In this document: one piece after another, positions 51,962 to 64,000 of the stretch
How positions within the stretch are numbered: the first letter of the stretch is position 1
How the letters are laid out: every line of letters starts with the position of its first letter
Assembly: GCF_006345805.1 (NCBI RefSeq)
Contig: NC_043000.1
Coordinates: 49,662,001-49,726,000, forward strand
Origin: Octopus sinensis
Taxonomy: Eukaryota
Reading direction: 5' to 3'
DNA length: 64,000 nucleotides
Program-made: the position numbers and the translations under genes
The notes under the pieces: model-generated
The model's database searches: none
Told to the model about the DNA's origin: nothing
Seen by the model: only the letters and a program-made list of their open reading frames with translations

Positions 51962-52131
51962 ATATATACGACAGGCTTCTTTCAGTTTCCTTCTACCAAA
52001 TCCACTCACAAGGCATTGGTCGGCCCGGGGCTATAGCAGAAGACACTTGCCCAAGATGCCACGCAGTGGGACTGAACCCGGAACCATGTGGTTGGTTAGC
52101 AAGCTACTTACCACACAGCCACTCCTGCACC
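51724..52131 (-). mobile_element. Young full-length SINE, same subfamily as 47356-47760
   Basis: Shares variants GCTAACC, GCATCTTGGG, CTGCTATAGCCCCGGG and AATGCCTT with the 47356 copy. Confidence 0.92.
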
Positions 52132-53054
52132 TATTATATATATATGATAATTATTATTTGAGGGAATAAAATCCAAACTTACAAGGAAAAAGAATTCAAT
52201 TTAGAAATACTAAATCAAATTCCACACAATATAGTATACATAAAATATCAGAAAAAACCACCTTTTATCAATTCAAAATGAATAATTAAATTACACCATC
52301 TAGAAAATTACATATAATATGAATATGTATGTATGTATATATTTGTGTGTGTGTGGCTGTGTTTGTCCCTCTGCCATGAGTTGACAACCGGTGCTGATGT
52401 GTTTATGTTCCCGTGATTTAGCATTTTGGCAAAGAGACTGGCAGAATAAGTACTGGGATTGCAGGGAATGGGTTCTGGAGTCAAGTTCTTCAACTAAAAC
52501 CCTTTAAAGCAGTGCTCTAGCATGAACACAGTCAAATGACTGAAACAAGTAAAAGAATAACTACTGAAATATGAAAATTCTCGTAGCTGGAATATTAAGA
52601 TATTTGACATATTTCCTCAATGTTATTACTAAGGCATCAAGCTGGCAGAATCATTAGTACTCCAGATAAAAAAATGAGTGGTAGCATTTCTTCTGTCATA
52701 ATGTTCTGATTTCAAATACTACTGAGGTTGACATTACCTTCCATCCTTTTGGGGTGCATAAAACAAATAACATTGAATAGTGGAGTTGATATAATCAACT
52801 ATCCCCATCCTACTCAAAATTCCAGGAATCAATTTCCTTTTCTACTCTAGTCACAAGGCCCGAAATTTTGCAGGAGTGGGCCAGGCGATTAGATTGACCC
52901 GCAGTACACTACTGGTACTTAACTTATCTACCCCAAAAGTATGAAAGGTAACATCAACATCGGTGGGATTTTAACTCAGAACGTAAATTTGTGCCTAAAT
53001 TAGAAACAGATTTTTTTTTTCTTCTTCTTCTCCTTATTATTATTATTGAGTTAG

Positions 53055-53570
53055 ATGGAGATAGTTGATTACCATCAAAGTGACACTGAGTACAAATATA
53101 CAAAGCCCAGTTTACTCATCATGACTACTTGTCTGATAAGGGTACACCAGGAACATGCAACACAACCACATGTGAGCAACATGGTGATCTCATATCAAAA
53201 TAAACAATGCATAACCTTGCAGGTTGGGCCCAGTTAGAATTTTCTTCAGGACGAGTAGCCCATCCTGCTCAAAAGGACCTTGAATAGAGTTGCTTGTGGA
53301 TATTGAATGAAACACCCATGTTTCCAAAGGTGAATTATCCAAAGAATTCCTCTCACCACATGGCTATGATGCTCCCCAACTACTTCTGCCCATAATCAGA
53401 GAAGCACATATCATCAGCCACTAAGGGACATGCTCAACTGGTTATGGTCAAACAACTGACAAACAAATCTGTGGTATTGAGCAGAATATTTGCTAAGGCA
53501 AAACAATGTACATGATAACACTTCCAATCAGTTAAGATGAGAAGCCATGAAAGCCACTGCCTGGTTCTGC
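53055..53570. repeat. Unclassified interspersed repeat of about 500 bp
   Basis: Non-microsatellite block ending GAAGCCATGAAAGCCACTGCCTGGTTCTGCAT that I recall as a common octopus repeat. Only one copy lies in this window. Confidence 0.4.
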
Positions 53571-53577
53571 ATTATTA

Positions 53578-53618
<41 letters not shown>

Positions 53619-56600
53619 GTTATTATTATGCTTAGCTACATTTCAACTGTCTTTACGTTCTGAGTTCAAATTCTCTCAAGGTTGATTTTGCCTTTCATCC
53701 TTTCAGGGTCGCTAAAATAAGTACCAGCTGAGCACTGGGATCGATGTAATCAACCTATCTCCACTTCCCTAAAATTGTTGGCCTTGTGTCAAAATTTGAA
53801 ACCATTATTATTATTACTACTATTACTACTACTACAATTATTGTTATTATTATTATTATTATTGATCTTCATGAAATTTGATAATCTACAATTTGCCTTT
53901 TTCTCTTTCCTGTTTTTTTTCGTCAGTTCATTTTTACACGTAACACATTTTAGATAGTTTCAGAAAAAGAACAATATTAATAATAATAATAATAATAACA
54001 ATAATAATAATAATAACAACTTGAACTTCGAAGGCAACAGTTTTAATAATGTAGCATAGCCCCTATCTTCCGTTCTTACAGTTTTATCTTCTGAAAAAGT
54101 GCAAAATAAGTAAATAAATAAATAAATAAGAAAAAGAAAAGAAACAAAAGATATTGCTCCATGTTGTAAACATATGACAATAGTTGAAGAAGCTGATTAT
54201 ATCTGCATTCAATAATGTTATTTAATTTATGACCTTTTACCAAATAAGCTTAAGATGTCGTTTTACTCAATTTGAAAATTCTGTCAAAAATTTCACCGAT
54301 ACTACTGTCATCATCACTACTGTTACCACCACTACCACTACTACAATCACCCACCCCATTCTCACTAAGAATGAATTCCACATCCTTTCTTTTTTTTTTT
54401 GTGAGGCCATACAACATATCTGTTTTATCATGTTATTATGCAAGTATATACATTACATTAGTCAATCTAATCCATTTAGCTGTTGTTGCTCTTGATATAT
54501 TCAATAGAAAAAAGTTTAATTATCTATTGTTTTTGTTTTCTAATCTATTTTTCACTTTCGCTCCTCTTTTTGTCTCTCTTCCCTCCACACCATCATCATC
54601 TCCATTTCTGTTTTATTTTATCTGTTTTTTATTTATTCATATTGTGAATGAATATTATTGCTTGTTATATCATATTATTTACGATCTAACAAGCAACAGT
54701 GATAGAATTTAATTTCCCAATATAACTGAGAAGTAAATAATACTCCCAAAATCAGTAAATGGAGTAGCAATTTCATCATTCAGCAAATAGTTATTTATGG
54801 ATTTAACTTAAACAAATATTTCCATATAATTTTTTAACTGTAAAAATTTTCAAATACTTGGGAATACAAAATATGGTTTTATCCTTTATTTTTTAAAAGT
54901 AACTTTAAAAAAATGATCCTGCATGAGATCAGGGAATTAGGATTCTTATTGTAACATCTGAGTTATGCATTGAAAGATTTGTTTTTTTTTTTAAATTAAC
55001 TGACATGATATTAATCTAAAATTTTTATATAATTAAAAAAGTTAGCAAATCGCAAATTGTTATTTTTACTAATTTCTTAGTTAATTTTTCTCCCTACCTG
55101 TGTCAACTAATAATTTCTTCTAGGAGAAATTTAATTTTTGTGTCTGAAGCAATCATCAATCTTAGCAACCGTAAATAAACAACCCAACAGCTCTTCATGG
55201 CCTCTTTGCTTCAGCTGGTAGAATGGATGAATGAATTATTTGCCATGCTGAACAATCTATGACAATTAATGCATTTTATAACCCACAACCATGACTAACA
55301 TAGTAACGTATCCACTCCAATCTGCCCTGTTTATATTAGCCTGAAATCTGCTGACCATATTGGTGGTGGTAGTGGTGGTGGCTGTAGTGGCAGAGGTTTC
55401 TTACCTTTTTTTTCAAAGATTTTAAATACCCTCTGGAAGAAGTTTTTGTTTATTAATTACTTGGATAATCTCAGTTAATCAAAGTTTTTCAACTCACTAT
55501 GTTAATCTCTGACCAACCAAAGTTTAGTGAATGGATTTGGTTGATGCAACTGAAAGAATCCTGTTATATATATAAAGATGTATGTGTGTGCATTTGAGTC
55601 TTTGTGTTTGTCCCTCATAATCATTTGACAGCTAGGGGTGTTAGTTTGTTTACATCCCTGTAATTTAGTGGTTCAACAAAAAGACTGATAGAATAAGTAT
55701 AATGCTTTAAAAACAAAAGGTACTGGGGTCAATTTGTTCAACTGACCCCTTCACGCCAATGCTCCAGCATGGTCACAATCCAATGACTGAAACAAGTAAA
55801 AGAACAAACGATGACTGTACAAAATTTACACACGCACATACACACACACACATACACACACACCATCATCAACATCGTCGTCGTCATCATCATCATCACA
55901 GCAAGAGTTACCATAATGTTGTCTATCATATCTTCATCCTTTGTTGAAACACAATACTTCTCATCTTAAGCCAGTTTCACAAATATTTATGATGCTTCAG
56001 AAATATCTAATTAGTTTGGCCTCATGAAATTCCTCTGCCAGTTATTTACAGAGAAAAACTACTTCACACTGAATTCATCAAAACCTATTAATTTTTTTGA
56101 GGTGAGCCTCTACATGCTTCACACCCGAACAAATATCTAAATCTTTCCTTAAAGGGTTTATTAAAGATTGTTCTTTTGTTGTGTGAACTGTTATAACAGC
56201 TACAACTGCCAACAAGGGAGCCTCTATGCAATTCCTTTCCTTGCTAGAAATTGCAGCCAAATATCTTCTAAGATTACACCTTGCAAATTTAGAACAGAAG
56301 GTACAGACTGGGTATTAAAGCATTGGATTTACTCTGCCTAAGAAAAAACATGACAAGATATTCAAGGCTGAATTGCTTTGATCATAGGTTTGTTTCATGA
56401 AAGCTAACCTAAGGCTAACAACAAGAACACTCACAACAATAGGAAAGCTTCTACATACAGTAAATTTCTGAAATAATGGCATCCAAAATAATGGAAATCC
56501 GAAGCTAATGGCACTTTTAAAATTGTCATACAGAAAAGAAAACAACCAGCTATACACTTGTTTGTTTACTTCTGCTTCCACCATTGTGAAAATGCTTTCT

Positions 56601-57182
56601 TTTATTTAAATTGATTTCATGTGTTGCTCCCCACCACCACCACCAGCAATTGATTACTCCATTTCTATTTCTTCTTCATGGTAGACATCTACCCCTTTAT
56701 TTTCATAATGAATGCATTAACAAAAAAAAAAAAAACTTCCAAGAGAACAGCAAATTCACAATAGCAACATCTCATAATACCCCAAGGTTATTATTTAAGT
56801 AGTTTATTGTACAAGCAAACCTTGTTCACGAAGTATATTAAACACTGGGGCAACATTCAATTTATAAATTCTCAGCTCTTTCTGAATACACTAGAATATT
56901 CTGATAATTTGCCATGTGGATTTTTATGGTAATAACTCTGTGAATATGGTCTTGAGTTCAATCTCCATCACACCCAGAGTAAGAGCCTTCCACTATAGCC
57001 TCAAGCCACTGAATCTCTGTAGGAAGAATCAGTAGATAGAAACTATAAGGAACCCTGTGTGTGTGTTTCATTTAAGCATAGTGATATTAATAACCTGGTG
57101 TTAGAACTCAATATACTTACCCTTCAGAATAGAGAGATAGTTCAATACAGAGCATAATGTGAAATTGGATAAAAGATAAAGG

Positions 57183-57369
57183 AACAGGAAATTATACAAT
57201 TAACTTTATTAGTTTACAGCTGTTACTGCTATAAGATACTATGAGATGCAAAGCATTCAGAGTTGAGTGCTCGGGCATCACCTTACAGCTTCCTCAGAGC
57301 TCCAAGTGCTCTGTATCTTATAGCAGAAATAGCTGTCAGCTGATGAAGTTCATTGCATAATTTCCTGTT
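57183..57369. repeat. Inverted repeat, 57-bp arms (57183-57239 / 57313-57369) with 73-bp spacer
   Basis: AACAGGAAATTATACAATTAACTTTATTAGTTTACAGCTGTTACTGCTATAAGATAC versus the reverse complement of the right arm; roughly 85% identical by eye. Confidence 0.85.
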
Positions 57370-59159
57370 TGTTTATTTAATTGTGTGTGTGTGTGTGTGT
57401 ACCTTCTTGCTTCATTTCTCATATATGCATGCACCATACACACACACACACACACACACACTCGCAAACATTCACCAGATATACACAATTTCCTTTAAAA
57501 GATTTGTTCATAGTATTCTATAATTGGTTCTTACAACTTTGTCACATTTAACAATAGAAAACCCAAAGCTAAAAAATCTCACAACTGCTACTCTCTCTAA
57601 AAATACACAGAGTAAATCATCATATTTCTTTAAGCAATTCTAATAAATTTTATTTCTCTGGAAGACCAAAGCTCTGTGGAAACTCCAAATAGTCAAAAAT
57701 TGTATTTACAAAGGCTAAGATGAGTTGATGTTATTATTTATGTCCAAGGGAACCCTCAGTATGCAGGCTGTTATCACCCATACTTTTTCTAGATAAATAG
57801 TAAATTGATTCTCTTAGGAATAAGTCCTTACATACAGAGGTATTCTTTTATTTGTCTACTTGTTTCTGTTCTTTGACTGCAGTCATACTGGAGCACCACC
57901 TTAAAGTGTTTTAGTCAAATAAATTGAGCCCAAGATTTATATTTTAAAGTCTAGTACTTATTCTACTGGTCTCTTTTTGCCAAACCACTAAGTTATAGGA
58001 ACATAAACACAACAACATCGGTTGTCAAGCAGTGATGGGGAGGGGACAGACAGATACAAAGACACACAGACATAAGTCCATACATACATATATAGCTCAA
58101 ATTTATAGAAAAACAAAGATGAAGTCAGGTGTAGGAATAACGAACAAGTGTATCAGTTTGACTCTCAGGAACAATGGAAAAGTCATTTACCTTTTGAGCC
58201 TATGCTCTTGTTCAGAAAGGAATAAGAAGAAATAAACTGAGTATATATATATATATATAAATCCACTCGTAAGGCTTTGGTTGATCTGAGGCTATTGTAG
58301 AAGACACTTGCTCAAGGTTCCACACAGTGGAACTGAACCCAGAACCATGCCATTGGGAAGTAAGCTTCTTACCACACAGCCATACCTATGAATGTATTGT
58401 CTATTTTTTTAAGATAATGAGTTATATGAGGGAAATTTAGCTACTATTTCTAAAAGGTCATGAAATTTTAGTGGTTTGCACTAAACTAGGTTTGTTATTA
58501 CAGAAAATAAAAAAATAATAAAAAATTATTGATAAAAAATGACCCTACCCTTCTCCACCGAAGCACAAAAACAGATACATTTTGTTTTTACAACAGCTCT
58601 ATATCTTTTCAAGGTAGACGTTTCTATCTGCTGCATGTTGAAATTTGTTCATTTCAATGCTAAAGGAACTTATAACAATGAACAGCTGCATTGTAAAAAT
58701 GTAGTTCAATGATCTACCAAAGACAATTGATAATCACAAATAAATGTGTGTGCACATGTGTATGCATACATAGACGTGTGTGAGCAGAGAGAGGGAGGAG
58801 AATTATTATAGATTTCAGCAAGTGTATGCTCTAGTTGTTCAGTCAATGGAACTATCTACTCTATGGATTAACTGTGGTTTTTCACATACATGATTATGCT
58901 TGTAGCCTTAACTTCATCTTCATGTATGAAACCACATAATACAGTGTGATAAGCCTGGGCTCTTGAATCATATGTATTGTCCATTTTTTGGACTTCTATT
59001 CGGTTTCCATCTGCCTAGTTTCATTCGCAAGGCTTTGGTCGATCCAGAATTGTCAAACTGAAAGACATTTGCTCAAGGTGCCACCTAATCAGAGTGGAAC
59101 TGGAACCTTGCGATTGCAAAATGGACTTAACACCAATGGTCATTCTACAGAGGGACAAG

Positions 59160-59485
59160 TCATCCTAATGAGACGTCTGCGTTGGCTGGGTCATGCCCTC
59201 TGTCGTCAACCATGAGAATTCATCTATGAAGCAACTGCCCCAGCTCCCCCTTCAGGGTTGACGAAAGCGATATGGTGGACAACGAAAAACCTGGCTGATG
59301 ACAGTCAAGGCTGATCTGGAACCCAGCCTAGGCCCCCATGTCTATGGCGTTCACCGCTGGAATAGGGAGTGGTTGAAGATCACGCGGTCATTAGCCTCAA
59401 ATCACCAGGCCTGGTCGGTGTTTGTGAGAGATGCAGCATTGAGGATGAATGAAGCCAGCTCAACCAACCCCGGGTGAATGCTGTC
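59160..59485 (+). pseudogene. RTE-clade LINE 3' end
   Basis: RRLRWLGHALCRQP*..GGQRKTWLMTVKADLEPSLGPHVYGVHRWNREWLKITRSLASNHQAWSVFVRDA..TNPG*. Confidence 0.88.
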
Positions 59486-59659
59486 TCAAGCAAGCAAGCA
59501 AGTCATTCTACCATGATGTACATATGTGTGTATGTGTATATGTGTGTATGCATGTATATATGTTTGCATGGTGTATGTATGCTTGCATACTATCTTCCAG
59601 AAATTGTGTGTCACTTGCTCAGATTTATCACATCAGATTTATGGTGCACAGAGAAAATC

Positions 59660-59830
59660 ACCAGAATGATCTGGAACAACCAAGTCAGAAGAATTTGCAT
59701 AAATGTCAAATCTGTAACAGGTTCTGTAAGTTGCTAACAGGTCTCAAGAGCCACTGACATTCTGACATGTAATTCCGTGATACACTTTCTTCAGTCAGCT
59801 GTGGTCATACCCATTTTAGGAGTTGACAGC
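59660..59830 (+). pseudogene. 3' end of a second RTE-type LINE with C-terminal C2H2-like finger
   Basis: HKCQICNRFCKLLTGLKSH* fits the CxxCxRxCxSxxGLxSH motif found at the end of some RTE ORF2 proteins. Confidence 0.6.
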
Positions 59831-62800
59831 CATTATGTATGTATATATTTAAGTATGTATGTCTGTCTGTATGTATGCATATAGTCTCCAATGTCTTTAC
59901 AAGGGATCAATTCCACAAGGTAAAAAATGGCTGTAAGAGGGATCAAATTAAGTGGATGTAAAGGCAACTCTCCTCATATATATAAGAAGGGAGGGAGTGA
60001 GCACTCATTAAATCTCAATTTTTTTTTTTAACAAAATAAAGTTGTATATAATCTTTAATATAAGAAAAATCAAATATTTCAATATCATTGTCATCATCAT
60101 TACTATTTTAACATCTATTTTTCCATGTTTGCATAGTTTAGTCAGAATCCATTGAGTAAGATTTTGTATTGACCACGTGTCTTTTCTGTCACCAGTATTC
60201 ACTTGTTTCCCAAGAAAGGTGATATTTCTCCATGGAAAGAAATGATACTACTTGTATGACAATGACACTGACAATCATTTTATAAGTATCACACAATATC
60301 AAGACAAGAACACACACATGCACGCACATACACAGACACACAGACACACACATGATGGGTTGTTTTCTTACAGAGCTTTGGCAAACCGAGACTTAAAATA
60401 AAAGACATTTGCTCATGTGCAGTGGGACTGAACCCCAAACTGTGTGACCGGGAAGTGAACTCTTTGATCATACGGCCATGCTTGTATCCATATCTAAGTA
60501 CTAAAAAAAAATATAAATGATCAAACACGGTCATTTTACCAAAGATCTTATACTCAAAAAATTTTACAGGAATAAACATTATGAAGGAACTACATCTATA
60601 TTTTTGCCATTTTTGTTTGTGTGTGAATGTGTGTATGCAAGTGAACATGACTGTTTGTGTGTATGTCTATGTGTATACACCTGTTTTACTATTGCATGAA
60701 ACTTCTCAATCACTCGCTTATCCAACCAATACAAGTAAAGGAAGTTTGGTTCAAAATGAAAAGAAAGTTAAATCCATAGTTAGATTATTCAAGACATATA
60801 TCAACTGTGTAAAAGACACGAGAGACCATGTGCTTCTCAAGTAAAAGAATTTATGGCCGTTTCATAGCCCTTTAGCTAGGTTCAAAGTGTTATGTCACGT
60901 TATTTTAGTAGTGATACAGACTTTCATGTATATTGAAAGTACCAGCAAAACAAGCCATTAACAACAAGCAATCTATGATAGATTTTTACATCCAACATTC
61001 TTTGGGTACCAAATAGATTCTCTATACCAACCGCTCATTATGACATCGGTCGAGTCTGGTGCAGCCTTTTATCACACTGAAATGTAATCAAGAATTGATG
61101 TAAGTTCACAGCATCATAATCTAATAATGGTGAAAAGTATAACATCAAGAAACTAGTTTCCAGCATATTTTTTATCTATTTATTTATTTATTTAATAATA
61201 ATTTTGAAAACCCTCAACCTTCAATCACCCTTAACCCCCACCCAGTAAGTTTGCTGCTGCTGCTGCTGGTGATGATGATGTTGATGATGATGATGTCAGT
61301 ATGTACATTGTTTGTAATAAAAAAAAAACTAAAGCAAAACAAAAATTATTTATTTATTACAAACAGTAAGTACACTTTGCCATACTTGGGTGAGAAATGG
61401 AGACACAATTACAACATAATTTTGGCTTCTGAGGAACTCTGATATTATATTATTGATAAATAAAACAGTTTTACTGTGTTTCAAACAAGTTCTTATTAAG
61501 ATGATTATATTTTGCTGTAGGTGCAGGCATAGCTGTGCTTAAGAAACTCGATTTAAGCGAGTGTCTTCTACTATAGACTCAAGCTGGCCAATGCCTTGTG
61601 AATAAATTGTGTGGAAGCCAGCTGTATATATGTATGTGCATATGTTTGTGTTTGTCTTCCATCACTACCACATAACAACTGATGCTGGTTTGTTTATATA
61701 CCTGTAACTTAGCAGTTTGGCAAAATAAATCGATACAAAATGTACCAGATTTAAAATTAGGTACTGGGGTTGATTTGTTCAATTAAACCCTTCAAGGTGG
61801 TGCCTCGGCATGGCTGAAGTCCAGTGAATGAAACAAGTAAATGATAAAGGATTATTATTATTATTGGGAACTATGTACACAAGAATAAGGCACCTGAGGC
61901 CCACTGGAGACCATACTGATCAAAATGAAGTGTAAATATAAATATTGTAATTATAAACAACATATAGGTGTTGATAAAGTTCACTTGATAATGTGAATTT
62001 GAGTCATACTGCATAAAACCTTGGCAAGTGTCTTCCAATATAGCCCCAGGTTTGCTAATGCTTTCTGAGTAGATTTTCCTTAACAGAAATTGTATTGAAG
62101 CCTTTCATGTGTGTGTGTGTGTGTGTAAATGTTTATTTCAGTGTATCTCCACATTAACATCATTTGAGCAATATTGCATTTATTCATGACACCTGCACAC
62201 AATGCAACCTACTGTAGCTCAGTGGATTCATGTGAAAACCAGTGGAGTAAAAACAAAATACCTTATTTGAAAACAGAAATAAGTAACAGTGGGTGACAGG
62301 AAGGGTATCCAGGTATAGTACACTAGTATGAACAAACCAGGCATAAAAATAAATGGATGATGATAATATACACTTAATATAAATTTAAAAGGCCAGAGAA
62401 CTATAATCTTAGTTTCACAATGTTCTATAGATATGATTACTTCTAACATATTGTGGGGTCAAAAAGTCATCATCATTATTTATCCAAGGTTTCCATGCAA
62501 GCATTGGCTGGACAGGTATTCATGATCCAAGTTCTTATTTGAAGTTACTGCCCTCAGAGACATGCTAAAGGACCACATTTTGCTCATACAATTCTTTTTC
62601 TATGGCTGGATGCCCTTCTATCACCAGCCTCTTTACAGAACATGTTTGCTGCATTTTATCAAAGCACCAGCATTAGAGAGGTTACTGTGTCTTTGAAAAG
62701 ACTAAAGAGTCTTCTCAGACTGATATTGTTCCTGCTTCTCCACCAACCATTTTACAGTATATTGAATGCATTTTATCATGACACCAAACACAGAGATCAT

Positions 62801-64000
62801 GCCATTAAGGTGATGAGTCCAAGAAGGTGAACAGAAGAGTGAATGGTGACAGAAACAGAATCAAGAATGGTGGGTGAAGGTTGTAAGTGTGCTGGAGGGA
62901 AGAGTAAGTAAGGGATAGAAATAGATAGTTTCACTATGTTCTGTTGATGGGATAATAATCAATAGAGAACAAAATATCATCACCATTATTTACATCCACA
63001 TTTTATGCTGGCACAGACTGGATAGGTATGGGCGTAGTCAATGGTAAATAATTGCAAAGGTGTCCACTTGTAATTAGTGAGGGAACTGATCAAAAGTAAA
63101 TATAAATGGGCTTATAAAATATATAAAAACAGTATATAAAATAACAAAAATAACAAAAGGGCAAATTATCACAATCACACATCCCATATGCAAGCATGGC
63201 TTTGTAGTTAGGCTTCTTTCTCAACCACCTGGTTCTGGGTTCAGTACCACTGCACGGCACTTTGGATGAGTGTCTTCTAGGTACAGGCTGACGAAGCCTT
63301 ATGAACAGATTTGATAGACAGCGACTGAAAAAGCCTGTCGAGTTTGTGTGTGTGTGTTTCCTCCTTGTCTTCACACAATCATGCAAACAGTGCCATTCAT
63401 GCCTGGTCATGGAGAAATTTTACATTGCTTGGAAACAGATAAAGATTGGTAATGGGAAAGGCATCTGGCCATTGAAAATCTACCTCCATAAACTCTGTCT
63501 AACCCACACTAGAATGGAAAAGTGGCTGTTAAAATAAAGAAGATGACCCCAAATATACTTCGTCTCCACTGTATTAAGACAATTTAAATTACTTGCAATT
63601 TTGTGCTTGAATTTTTGAAAATCAAAGCTAGAATGTTATGTCTAATTATAGTTTTACAACTTCCTTTGTCAAGATATATACTTACACACATTTTCAACTC
63701 AAGGTGTTCAAAGAGTGCAGTGAAAATAGGACTTGCACAGCTATTCATCCTCTTTTATTTAGATTTTAAATATGATACATTAATCTTTATACATATACTA
63801 TCTCAGAACTTCATTTATCTTAATGGAAATTCAACAAAGATATTAATTACACACAAAAATAACTTTAATTACTTGTACATAATTAATGAGAATTAATATA
63901 TCACCTCCCATGTTCCACTAAAATTCACATGTCTAAAATGAAAGCATCATAAGTTTCCCTTTTAGATATATCCATATAACCTACAGCTCATGTTTTCCTA

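Noticed and set aside
56197-56300. Plus-strand exon candidate TTANKGASMQFLSLLEIAAKYLLRLHLANLEQK
   Set aside because: The donor is weak (GTACAG), there are no linked exons and no recognisable homology; the opposite strand is equally open.
59695-59760. Host C2H2 zinc-finger gene (an expanded family in octopus)
   Set aside because: It is a single finger with a stop before the second His and no TGEKP linkers; it fits the RTE LINE C-terminal finger better.
63699-63770. BTB-like SPIFTALFEH on the minus strand before a GTAAGT donor
   Set aside because: There is an in-frame stop just upstream and no pyrimidine-rich acceptor; a short match is expected by chance.

Overview
AT-rich eukaryotic DNA dominated by microsatellites and repeats. 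The interspersed repeats match my recollection of Octopus (coleoid cephalopod) repeat families, so the taxon is an inference and not a database result. Nearly all ORFs in the supplied track are artefacts of (TA)n/(CA)n/(TTA)n tracts. Supported content: many tRNA-headed SINEs of several families (CORE-like, MetaSINE-like, V-domain-like), decayed LINE fragments (RTE, CR1-like endonuclease, I-clade with RNase H), decayed DNA transposases (hAT Charlie/Buster-like, mariner, maT-like), several MITE-like inverted repeats, and a tentative 3' end of an unidentified minus-strand spliced gene at about 4.0-4.8 kb. Best leads: a decayed but recognisable type I hammerhead ribozyme fold at 14031-14106 (-), a second hammerhead-like repeat family present as an inverted pair, a 124-nt near-perfect hairpin at 17602-17725, a frame-preserving duplicated exon-like unit at 39.0-39.25 kb, a five-copy motif at 7.8-9.2 kb and a head-to-tail SINE array at 42.5-43.6 kb. 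I cannot demonstrate a complete new biological system. Repeat boundaries were read by eye and are approximate.
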